Shown piece by piece: positions 31,927 to 38,676 of a DNA stretch of 38,676 nt. A model generated the notes under the pieces. It was not told the DNA's origin and did no database searches. It saw nothing but the letters and a program-made list of their open reading frames with translations. The translations under genes and the position numbers were made by a program. Origin of the DNA: a virus. Where the stretch lies: positions 1 to 38,676 of the IMG/VR virus record IMGVR_UViG_3300029573_000020. One strand, 5' to 3'. Numbering within the stretch: the first letter of the stretch is position 1; every line of letters begins with the position of its first letter.

Positions 31927-34833
31927 TTAAAAAGTATCAAACGCCGTGTTGAAGTTGCGGTTGTCGTCTAATGTTGCCTGCTTTAGAACCTGCATGCCTC
32001 CACGCGCCAAAAAGTCAGCAAAGCTGGATGCATCCAACGCTGATACGTTAAGAGTGATGCTGTTGCTCGTAGAGCTGCTGGAGGAAGCAACGCTGGCAGG
32101 ACGATTATAAGCACCGCCGGAACCGACAAGCCCGCCGCTGGCAAAGCCTCTCAAACGCCCTGTATTCAGGCCATTAAGGAACGGTACGCCCAAACGGTCT
32201 ACAGCCTGAGCGTTAAGTACGTACTCACCATTTGAGAGCATAGCCGGAACACTATCACTCGTACCGGTACCGGGACCAGCGACAGAACCACCTGAAGCAA
32301 AGGCTTTGCCGAAAGCACCCTTCCAACGTGCCGCAAAACCACCACCGCCGCCAGTGCAAGCAGCTACAATGGTTGCGTAAAGAGCTGCCTGGATAAGCTG
32401 GGAGATAAGCTGCTGCAGGACGCTTTTCATAGCATCGCCGAAGCTCTTAGCCCCGGTAATCCAATCAGTTATAGCACCGGAAAAATCCTTCGCCAGCTGA
32501 TTGCTGGTCTGCTGAATCTTGCTGATGGTATTGATTTTCTGCTGTTGCTCATCGTACTTCTGATTGATTGCAGTCAGTGCTTCCAATTTCAGTTTATCGT
32601 CCAGAAAAGGACTATTTGTCACAGACTCAGTAGCTTCTTCCTTCCACTTGTCATTCTTCATAGTCATCTTCCCGACGGCGTCAGAAGCATTGTAATCAGC
32701 CTTCCAGCTGATTTGCTTATTGCTATAATCAAATTTAGCACTTTCAGTATTAGCAGCAGCGGACTGATTGATATTATCAATCGTATATTGATGCGTTTTC
32801 TTAAGTAAAGCCAGCTTCTCATTAAGCATGTCCAGTTCTTTTTGAGATGCTCCACGCAGCTGCGCTTCCTTAAGAGCATTTTCAGCAGCAAGCATCTGTT
32901 CCGTGTAGGCCAGTTCCTCTTCCTGCAGTTCCTGCTTTTTGTTGAACTCAATTTCTTTAAGCTGAATCTGATATTTTTGAGCGTCAGTGCCATACTTTTT
33001 TGCAATAGCATTTTGAGCTGCCCACATGTCTTTTTCTTTTTTCAAAACAAGCCGGACATAGTCGTTTTCGATTTTCTTCCGCTCCTGAGCTATCCTGTTT
33101 TCGTCCTGCAGAGCCTTTAAGGCTACATTCTCCTGCTTTAAGGCAGAACTTCTTCCGGAACCAAGATTGCCTTTATCAGGGTTCTGAAAAAGATTGCTTG
33201 AATCAGATTTTCTGGTAGTCTTTTTTGCTTCCTCATAGATTTTATAATCTTCCTGAATCTGAGCAAGTTCAGCATCAGCATTACGAGTATCAACAACAGC
33301 TTTTTTCGCTGCGAAAACTCTGCCGAACAAATCAATGGCTTTTTTTGCAAAATCCTCTACTTCTTTAATAGCATCACCAAGCATAGAAGAAAATTTGCTA
33401 AACCAATTATCTTGGTCTCCTGTAATATCTGCCCACATATCACCTATTGCACCAACAATCCAATTTACAACACCAAGAACGGCTTCTGTAATGGCGGTAC
33501 CGATGATAACAACAGTATCAAGAATAGCCTGTACTGCTATGTTAACAGCATCAACAATTTCATCCCAATAAGTAACTACCAAAGCAGCAACAGCACCCAT
33601 TGCAGCGCCTATAGCAACCATACCTGCAGTAAGTCCCAGCACCGCTCCTAACGTCGCTACGGCTGCAACCGATACAACAGCAAGAACAGCAGCAAATGCA
33701 CCTATTACAGCGATAACAGGAGCAGGCACGCACTCTTTGATGACGTCGCCTAAGCTCTTGCCCTGCTCTGTCGCAGTCTGCATCTTCTGCTGAAACTCTC
33801 CCAGTCTGTCAGACACATCCTTTAAGATACCCTTGATGTTAAAGGCTTCCGTCAGATATTTGCCTACAGCAGCGGAAGTGTTGCCGGCAGTTTCTTCGAT
33901 GTTAGCCAGAAGACCGGAAACCTCGTCCGAAGTCTTAGCCATCATGCCGCCGAACTGATCGTTCATGCCTGCGACAATGGTCTGCACGGCTGCTTTAGAG
34001 TCAATAGCGCCTTTAGAACAAAGGTCCTTCATCTCAGCTACTGTTTTACCTGCAGCCTGCGCCAGCATATCCCATGCCGAAATGCCTGCGCTGGTAAGCT
34101 GCATCATGTCCTGCGCATTGAGCTTACCGCTAGTCTGCATCTGCCCTAATGCGTATGCAAGACGGCTAACACCTTCAGTGCCTAAGCCTAAACCGCTGGC
34201 GGCATCGCCTAGGTTGGTAAGCATAGGGATAATCTCTTCAGCTTTAAAGCCGAACGCCATCAGCTGCTGACCTGCGCTTACAACACCGGGTACGTCGAAG
34301 GGTGTTTCTGCAGCAAACTGCTGTAAGTCCCTCAGCATCTGCGTACCTGCCTCAGCAGATTTCAGCATGGTCTGGAAGGCAATCTCATACTGACGCATCT
34401 GTGCTGCAGCCTGTACGGACGCTATGCCCATATTAAGGATACCGCCCGCCATCCCGGTGAAGACGCTGCCAAGCTGCACTGCAGCAATAGCGCTAAGCGC
34501 TCCACTCATCTTGTTGCATTTATCAGCAAAGCCTTTTATTCCGCTGGTTGCCTTTTTGGACTGCTTGCTGACAGTTTCCAGCTCATCGCCTACGCGCCGG
34601 ACATTCTTGCTGTCGATGCTGTCCAGGCTCTTGCGCATTGCTTTCACGTCGGAATTCAGCTGCTGAAACATTTTGGCAATATCGGTAAGAATGGCTGTCG
34701 ATTTGCTCATTTTTGCGGACATTCTGCCGGCAGCTTCACCTGCAGCTTCTACTGCTGCTGCAGTTCTGCTGAAGCCTTGCTCAGCCTGTTTGCTATCCGC
34801 TGTAATTTTGACGGATATTTGTTTATCTGCCAT
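31927..34833 (-). CDS. Tail tape measure protein
   Basis: 968 aa. Long helical/coiled regions. Internal hydrophobic TM-like block (VPAPVIAVIGAFAAVLAVVSVAAVATLGAVLGLTAGMVAIGAAMGAV). Gly-rich C-terminus. Follows the G/G-T chaperone genes. Confidence 0.9.
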   Translation of the reverse strand: MADKQISVKITADSKQAEQGFSRTAAAVEAAGEAAGRMSAKMSKSTAILTDIAKMFQQLNSDVKAMRKSLDSIDSKNVRRVGDELETVSKQSKKATSGIKGFADKCNKMSGALSAIAAVQLGSVFTGMAGGILNMGIASVQAAAQMRQYEIAFQTMLKSAEAGTQMLRDLQQFAAETPFDVPGVVSAGQQLMAFGFKAEEIIPMLTNLGDAASGLGLGTEGVSRLAYALGQMQTSGKLNAQDMMQLTSAGISAWDMLAQAAGKTVAEMKDLCSKGAIDSKAAVQTIVAGMNDQFGGMMAKTSDEVSGLLANIEETAGNTSAAVGKYLTEAFNIKGILKDVSDRLGEFQQKMQTATEQGKSLGDVIKECVPAPVIAVIGAFAAVLAVVSVAAVATLGAVLGLTAGMVAIGAAMGAVAALVVTYWDEIVDAVNIAVQAILDTVVIIGTAITEAVLGVVNWIVGAIGDMWADITGDQDNWFSKFSSMLGDAIKEVEDFAKKAIDLFGRVFAAKKAVVDTRNADAELAQIQEDYKIYEEAKKTTRKSDSSNLFQNPDKGNLGSGRSSALKQENVALKALQDENRIAQERKKIENDYVRLVLKKEKDMWAAQNAIAKKYGTDAQKYQIQLKEIEFNKKQELQEEELAYTEQMLAAENALKEAQLRGASQKELDMLNEKLALLKKTHQYTIDNINQSAAANTESAKFDYSNKQISWKADYNASDAVGKMTMKNDKWKEEATESVTNSPFLDDKLKLEALTAINQKYDEQQQKINTISKIQQTSNQLAKDFSGAITDWITGAKSFGDAMKSVLQQLISQLIQAALYATIVAACTGGGGGFAARWKGAFGKAFASGGSVAGPGTGTSDSVPAMLSNGEYVLNAQAVDRLGVPFLNGLNTGRLRGFASGGLVGSGGAYNRPASVASSSSSTSNSITLNVSALDASSFADFLARGGMQVLKQATLDDNRNFNTAFDTF

Positions 34834-35140
34834 TGCCTACCTCCTTCCTCTGACGCTCAAAATCAGCATAGAAGCGTTCCCGCTCCCTTGCCTGCTCTTC
34901 TTTGGTCTTCTGCTTCAGGAACGGTCGCATCAGTGTACCTGCTTTGGCAGGCTTGCGGAGATGCGGGGAAATGATGTTGGCTACCCAGTAAGCCGTTTCC
35001 CAGCGCTTTGCCATTCTTATTTCATTACATGCATCAACCATATCGTTAAACTCAAACACTGAAAGCCTGTCAAACTCCCAAGGTTTAAGCCTTAATTCAC
35101 CAAAAGCAAGGGTTTTAGCTGCATTGTACCATGTCCGCAT
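34823..35140 (-). CDS. Tail assembly chaperone C-terminal (T-like) segment, expressed as a G-T fusion by a -1 frameshift
   Basis: The -1 frame is open from the slip site at 35170..35176 through MRTWYNAAK… to 34823. It overlaps the tape measure start by 11 bp. Confidence 0.6.
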   Translation of the reverse strand: MRTWYNAAKTLAFGELRLKPWEFDRLSVFEFNDMVDACNEIRMAKRWETAYWVANIISPHLRKPAKAGTLMRPFLKQKTKEEQARERERFYADFERQRKEVGNGR

Positions 35141-35166
35141 AGATACGCAGCCACCACCCTCGCTAA

Positions 35167-35541
35167 TTAGTTTTTTTCGTATTCAATATCAGCCTTCTGC
35201 TCATCGGTCAGTTCGTCCGGGAACAGCTGATAATAAGCTCCCACGCCTAAAATACCGCTGGCAGCCACAGCCTTCACAACAGGCAGCTGGATATCGGCAA
35301 TGCTGTAACCGTTTTCCATGGCCTCGTCAATCTTTTCAGCATAATACTGTTCAGTCTTATTGCCGTTCTGGCTCATGCCTACACTCAGCAGTACCAGCAG
35401 ATTCTTCAGACTCAGCTTGTCAGCGTCCTGCAGCACCTCGCCAATCGGACATTTCAACATGTCCTCTACGCGGCGCAGACGGCCGATGTTAAACCAAATC
35501 TGCTGACCTTCACCAAAAGCCTTAATGTTAATCTTTTTCAT
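35167..35541 (-). CDS. Tail assembly chaperone (gpG-like)
   Basis: 124-aa acidic protein between the major tail protein and the tape measure. Ends …IEYEKN with the slippery heptamer at its last codons. Confidence 0.65.
   Translation of the reverse strand: MKKINIKAFGEGQQIWFNIGRLRRVEDMLKCPIGEVLQDADKLSLKNLLVLLSVGMSQNGNKTEQYYAEKIDEAMENGYSIADIQLPVVKAVAASGILGVGAYYQLFPDELTDEQKADIEYEKN
35170..35176 (-). promoter_or_regulatory. Programmed -1 ribosomal frameshift slippery site A_AAA_AAC
   Basis: Minus-strand …TAC GAA AAA AAC TAA. The 0-frame codons AAA AAC form X_XXY_YYZ. The -1 frame continues LISEGGGCVSMRTWY into the T-like ORF. Confidence 0.6.
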
Positions 35542-35596
35542 TCGTTATCCTCCATATAAGAAAAAGGCCAGCTAAGTGCCAGCCTTATTTTAAGAA

Positions 35597-36055
35597 TCAG
35601 CCCTTGCTCTGTTCGCTGAGGGGACCATCGCCGCTGATGGTGCCTTTAAGAGTAGCAACATCATCATGCGGAGTGCTCAGAGAGCATTCAGTAATAGAAC
35701 CCCAACCGGTAACAAAGCTCTTATCCGGATATTCAAATTTAACATGCACCTGCTTGCCTGCTAAGAAAGCTGCTTCCAAGAACTTGGCACCGGTATCACC
35801 CGCAAGGTAAACGGTTTCAAGGTCGATAGACCAGCTGCGCAAACCTGGCAGGGTAGATTTCCAACCACCGGAAGTCTTATGGGAAGCATCAATCTCGTCA
35901 GCTTCACGGTTCAAATCACCGCTGCGCTGACCACCCAGCAGAGTCCAGGTCGGAGCTGCTTCGGTAGTACCGGTATTCAGGTAAATCAAATAATCTTTGC
36001 CCGCAGTCGCAGTGCTGGTCGCATCGGTACGGGTCGGGAAAGTATATTCACTCAT
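35597..36055 (-). CDS. Major tail protein
   Basis: 152 aa. TTAGGAGG RBS before ATG 36055 (MSEYTFPTRTD…). Position and size fit. Confidence 0.6.
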   Translation of the reverse strand: MSEYTFPTRTDATSTATAGKDYLIYLNTGTTEAAPTWTLLGGQRSGDLNREADEIDASHKTSGGWKSTLPGLRSWSIDLETVYLAGDTGAKFLEAAFLAGKQVHVKFEYPDKSFVTGWGSITECSLSTPHDDVATLKGTISGDGPLSEQSKG

Positions 36056-36066
36056 ATCTGTTCCTC

Positions 36067-36453
36067 CTAACAATCAAAATAAACTTCATAGGTAATCAGC
36101 GCCATGCCTGCATCAGACTTGCCCTGCGCCACGCCGAAAACGATTTCTTTCACCTGGCTGTCAATGCACCAGCCGCCTAAATCGTGATAATGCGTCAGTA
36201 AGGCATCCAGCTTATCAGCCAAGGCATCGACGCCTTCAATGCTTGCCGTATCCAGCAGGTAGATGCTGTATGTCAGTACGCCCTTGCGCCCGCTCTTAGT
36301 CATCTCCACATAGGTGATACGGTCACAGCTCACAGTGCCTTCCAGCTTATTGCCACGGCCGGCACCGGTAACAAGGCTGCTCCAATGCACTTCCGGTATC
36401 TGGTCCTGCAAAAGTCCCATGATAACATCTGTAATTTCGGTACGTCTGCTCAT
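36067..36453 (-). CDS. Neck/tail-terminator-like protein (putative)
   Basis: 128 aa. ATGA-coupled to the upstream gene. Sits between the head-completion genes and the major tail gene. Confidence 0.35.
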   Translation of the reverse strand: MSRRTEITDVIMGLLQDQIPEVHWSSLVTGAGRGNKLEGTVSCDRITYVEMTKSGRKGVLTYSIYLLDTASIEGVDALADKLDALLTHYHDLGGWCIDSQVKEIVFGVAQGKSDAGMALITYEVYFDC

Positions 36454-36824
36454 GAGCGATACAGGGGAATACTTGCTCTCCCCTGCCCTCCGGTGACGCC
36501 GAAATCAGCAGCTGTAATACTTGCCATAAGGCGTTCCATCTCAGCCTTGTACAGCTTCAGCTTCTGTGCGTATATGTCGCTGTTTTCTACACCGCCAGCG
36601 CCGTTAAATACAGTCGTAGGGTCTGTGCCGGTCTGCAGCAGGCATCTGTTATAGCAGGCTGCCACAACGCCCAAGCGCTTGACTATGTAGGGTACAGGCT
36701 CTGGAATATCGGTTACCTTCAGCCTGCTTGCCAGGCTGTTTATGATTTCATTGCCATAAGCAATATCATCATAGGTACAATTCAATACCGCGTCCTGTAT
36801 ATCTCCAAAATCAATGTAATCCAT
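36450..36824 (-). CDS. Head–tail connector/neck protein (putative)
   Basis: 124 aa. GGGAGG RBS. TAATG overlap. Confidence 0.35.
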   Translation of the reverse strand: MDYIDFGDIQDAVLNCTYDDIAYGNEIINSLASRLKVTDIPEPVPYIVKRLGVVAACYNRCLLQTGTDPTTVFNGAGGVENSDIYAQKLKLYKAEMERLMASITAADFGVTGGQGRASIPLYRS

Positions 36825-37273
36825 TATAAACCTCCCAGCAGACTGTCTAAAGCCTTGGCAAATCTGCTGACAATAACAGGCTGCATAACATCAGCTGCCG
36901 TATAAAGAAAATGGTCCGCCTTTATGCCGGGGTGACGCACGCGCTTGCTGAAGACAAATTCCTTGTTTACGGCAAAGCGCAGCACTTTTTTACTGCGTGG
37001 CACAATCAAATGCGCCTTAGTGCCTTCGTGCTGGAATACAGCTGTACTGCTTCCAAGATAAACAGTGCCTTGGTTCTCCTTCACTTCGCTCATAATGCTT
37101 TTTTCAGTCATACCGCTTCTGGTAACGAAACGATGATGGTCACGCGCATATTCCCTGACATCTCTGACGGCCATCTTCACCTGTCTGCGTACCATGTCGC
37201 GCGTTTGGACCGGTGCGGCCTCGAAAGCACGCACCAGCTCATCAAATTCGCGCGTAATCCCTACGCTTTTCAT
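36824..37273 (-). CDS. HK97 gp10-family tail-component/head-completion protein (putative)
   Basis: …VFQHEGTKAHLIVPRSKKVLRFAVNKEFVF…HPGIKADHF pattern reminiscent of TIGR01725. Confidence 0.45.
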   Translation of the reverse strand: MKSVGITREFDELVRAFEAAPVQTRDMVRRQVKMAVRDVREYARDHHRFVTRSGMTEKSIMSEVKENQGTVYLGSSTAVFQHEGTKAHLIVPRSKKVLRFAVNKEFVFSKRVRHPGIKADHFLYTAADVMQPVIVSRFAKALDSLLGGL

Positions 37274-38097
37274 TATTCAGCAGCGGTCTTATGTACGTAG
37301 ATAGCACCTTTCTTGTTCTCCAGAACGAATGCATCATAGCGCACACGACCTTCAACCAACCAGCCGTTGATACCAGGCGGGTTATCATGAATCTTATAAT
37401 CTGCCAGCTTAACAGGAGCACAGCAGGCGATAGGATTGGTAATGATAAACGCAGTTTTAGCCGGCATGTAGGATGCAGGTACCACGATAATAGGAATGCC
37501 GTCCACCATACCAACCTGACCTTTTACCAGCATGTTTTGTGCCAGATCAGAAGCCTTGATGAAGGATTCATCCTGCTTCAGCAGCTTGAAGTAAGATGCA
37601 GCCACATAAGCAATACGGTTACCTAAAGGCGCTTTCTCGTCGGTCAGCTTCTCGGTGCCGTCGAGGAAGGCGCTGTAAGCGTTAGCCTTGGTAACTGCAG
37701 CGGTTGCGCTGTTCTTAGCGCCTGCAGCGATTTTTGCCAGACGATAAATATCCAGCTCCGGAATAATTACCTCGTCAATCTGACGCTGTAATGCTGCACC
37801 GGCCTCTTTCAGCATAACGGTATCCTGATAGTTGCTCTTGTCGATGGTGAAGGTGAAGGAACGGTCCTTAGTCAAGGTCAGCTCCTGAACGGAATCCTCC
37901 AGCTCTGCCGGGGTACCATAACGGTTTGCGCCGGTAGAAGTGTAATCATTCATGTCGGCGGTAGGAATGGAATAAACCTTTACAGTCTGCACACCGGTGA
38001 AATCATAATCGTTGTTGATTGCCGGAGCAGTCAACGGGCCAGTCTTGAAGCGCTCGTCAATTTTTGCGCTATACTTATCTGCATAGTTAATAGTCAT
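37273..38097 (-). CDS. Major capsid protein (putative)
   Basis: 274 aa. GAGAGGA RBS before ATG 38097 (MTINYADKYSAK…). Immediately downstream of the scaffold gene. Confidence 0.55.
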   Translation of the reverse strand: MTINYADKYSAKIDERFKTGPLTAPAINNDYDFTGVQTVKVYSIPTADMNDYTSTGANRYGTPAELEDSVQELTLTKDRSFTFTIDKSNYQDTVMLKEAGAALQRQIDEVIIPELDIYRLAKIAAGAKNSATAAVTKANAYSAFLDGTEKLTDEKAPLGNRIAYVAASYFKLLKQDESFIKASDLAQNMLVKGQVGMVDGIPIIVVPASYMPAKTAFIITNPIACCAPVKLADYKIHDNPPGINGWLVEGRVRYDAFVLENKKGAIYVHKTAAE

Positions 38098-38121
38098 AAT
38101 AAACAATCCTCTCTTTCGTCA

Positions 38122-38676
38122 TTAAGAATTAAAGCCACTGAGGAACGGATCATCAGAACCGCTGCCACCGCCATTGCTGCCGCCACCGCCTGCACCGTTG
38201 GCCTTAACTGCCCAGCTGTTCTCCTTCAGCCAGCCGTTAACGCCGTCTTCCAGGCTGATTTCTTTGCCGTCGCTGCCGGTATAGGCAAGGCTTTCATCGT
38301 CTTTGACAACGATACTGCCTTCCAGCAGCTTAGCCATGTTCTGCGGACTCGCAGCATTGCCCTTGGTCAGCAGCTCTACAGCCTTAGCCATCTTCATGCC
38401 GTCAAGACGCTTAGTCTTTTCAGCTTTGGCGGTCTCAGTCATATCAGCCAGCTGCTTAGTGACCTTGCCAACCTGCGCGGTTAAGTCAGCAATCTGCTTT
38501 GCGACCTCATCAGGCTTTTTGCCGCCCTGGGCAAATTGGTCTAATGTAGTCTTAAGTCCTTTGGCTTTGTCTACCACATCGTCACCATCGACCAAACCAA
38601 CAGCCTCCAAGATGCTTTTCAGCTTTGTCGCACTCTGCTCTCCTGCCGTGCGGTGCTTCTTAGCCTCGTTGTTGAG
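38122..38676 (-). CDS. Phage scaffolding protein, C-terminal part (continues from 161..1 across the junction)
   Basis: Helical, charged protein …ADLTAQVGKVTKQLADMTETAKAEKTKRLDGMKMAKAVELL… with a Gly-rich tail. Sits between the MuF/immunity cassette and the capsid gene. Confidence 0.7.
   Translation of the reverse strand, partial: LNNEAKKHRTAGEQSATKLKSILEAVGLVDGDDVVDKAKGLKTTLDQFAQGGKKPDEVAKQIADLTAQVGKVTKQLADMTETAKAEKTKRLDGMKMAKAVELLTKGNAASPQNMAKLLEGSIVVKDDESLAYTGSDGKEISLEDGVNGWLKENSWAVKANGAGGGGSNGGGSGSDDPFLSGFNS

Overview
This window is a complete temperate siphovirus (phage or excised prophage) genome that assembles as a circle: the first 74 bp (1..74) are identical to the last 74 bp (38603..38676), so the unique length is about 38,602 bp and the scaffold gene reads across the window junction. 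Almost every gene is on the minus strand. The plus strand carries only the lysogeny cluster: an ImmR-like HTH repressor, an ImmA/IrrE HExxH metallopeptidase, a DinD-like Bro-N protein and a tyrosine integrase. The modules I can read from sequence are as follows. Packaging and head: TerS, TerL (Walker A PPRHGKS), portal, a MuF/SPP1-gp7 head-morphogenesis protein carrying a C-terminal extension, scaffold and a major-capsid candidate, followed by three neck proteins. Tail: major tail protein, a G/G-T tail-assembly chaperone pair with a verified A_AAA_AAC -1 slip site, a 968-aa tape measure, distal-tail/hub/NlpC-P60/gpJ-like host-specificity proteins (1242 aa with FN3 and tandem coding repeats), and several tail-fibre genes. 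Lysis: holin, M15 peptidase and an XhlA-like coiled-coil membrane protein. Between lysis and int lies a convergent non-coding region with GGCCACA repeats that is the attP candidate. Morons sit near int. The switch has divergent consensus promoters and an 8-3-8 palindromic operator present twice. The early-left operon encodes an antirepressor (Bro-N+KilA-C), Sipho_Gp157, a Rad52-like single-strand annealing protein, HNH, NinB-like, replisome organiser, DnaC-like loader, SSB, DUF3310, DUF1064, many small Zn-ribbon ORFs and an ArpU/RinA-like late activator. A probable phage tRNA-Tyr(GTA) lies upstream of the packaging genes. The most notable items are: (i) an AT-rich polymorphic-toxin-like C-terminal domain fused to MuF, followed by a small candidate immunity ORF and its own terminator; (ii) a DinD homologue flanked by 48-bp direct repeats that each carry a minus-strand terminator hairpin; (iii) two fully nested ORFs in different frames downstream of the M15 peptidase; and (iv) an AT-rich foreign cassette in the tail-fibre region. 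All protein family calls come from motif and pattern recognition by eye, with no database search run.
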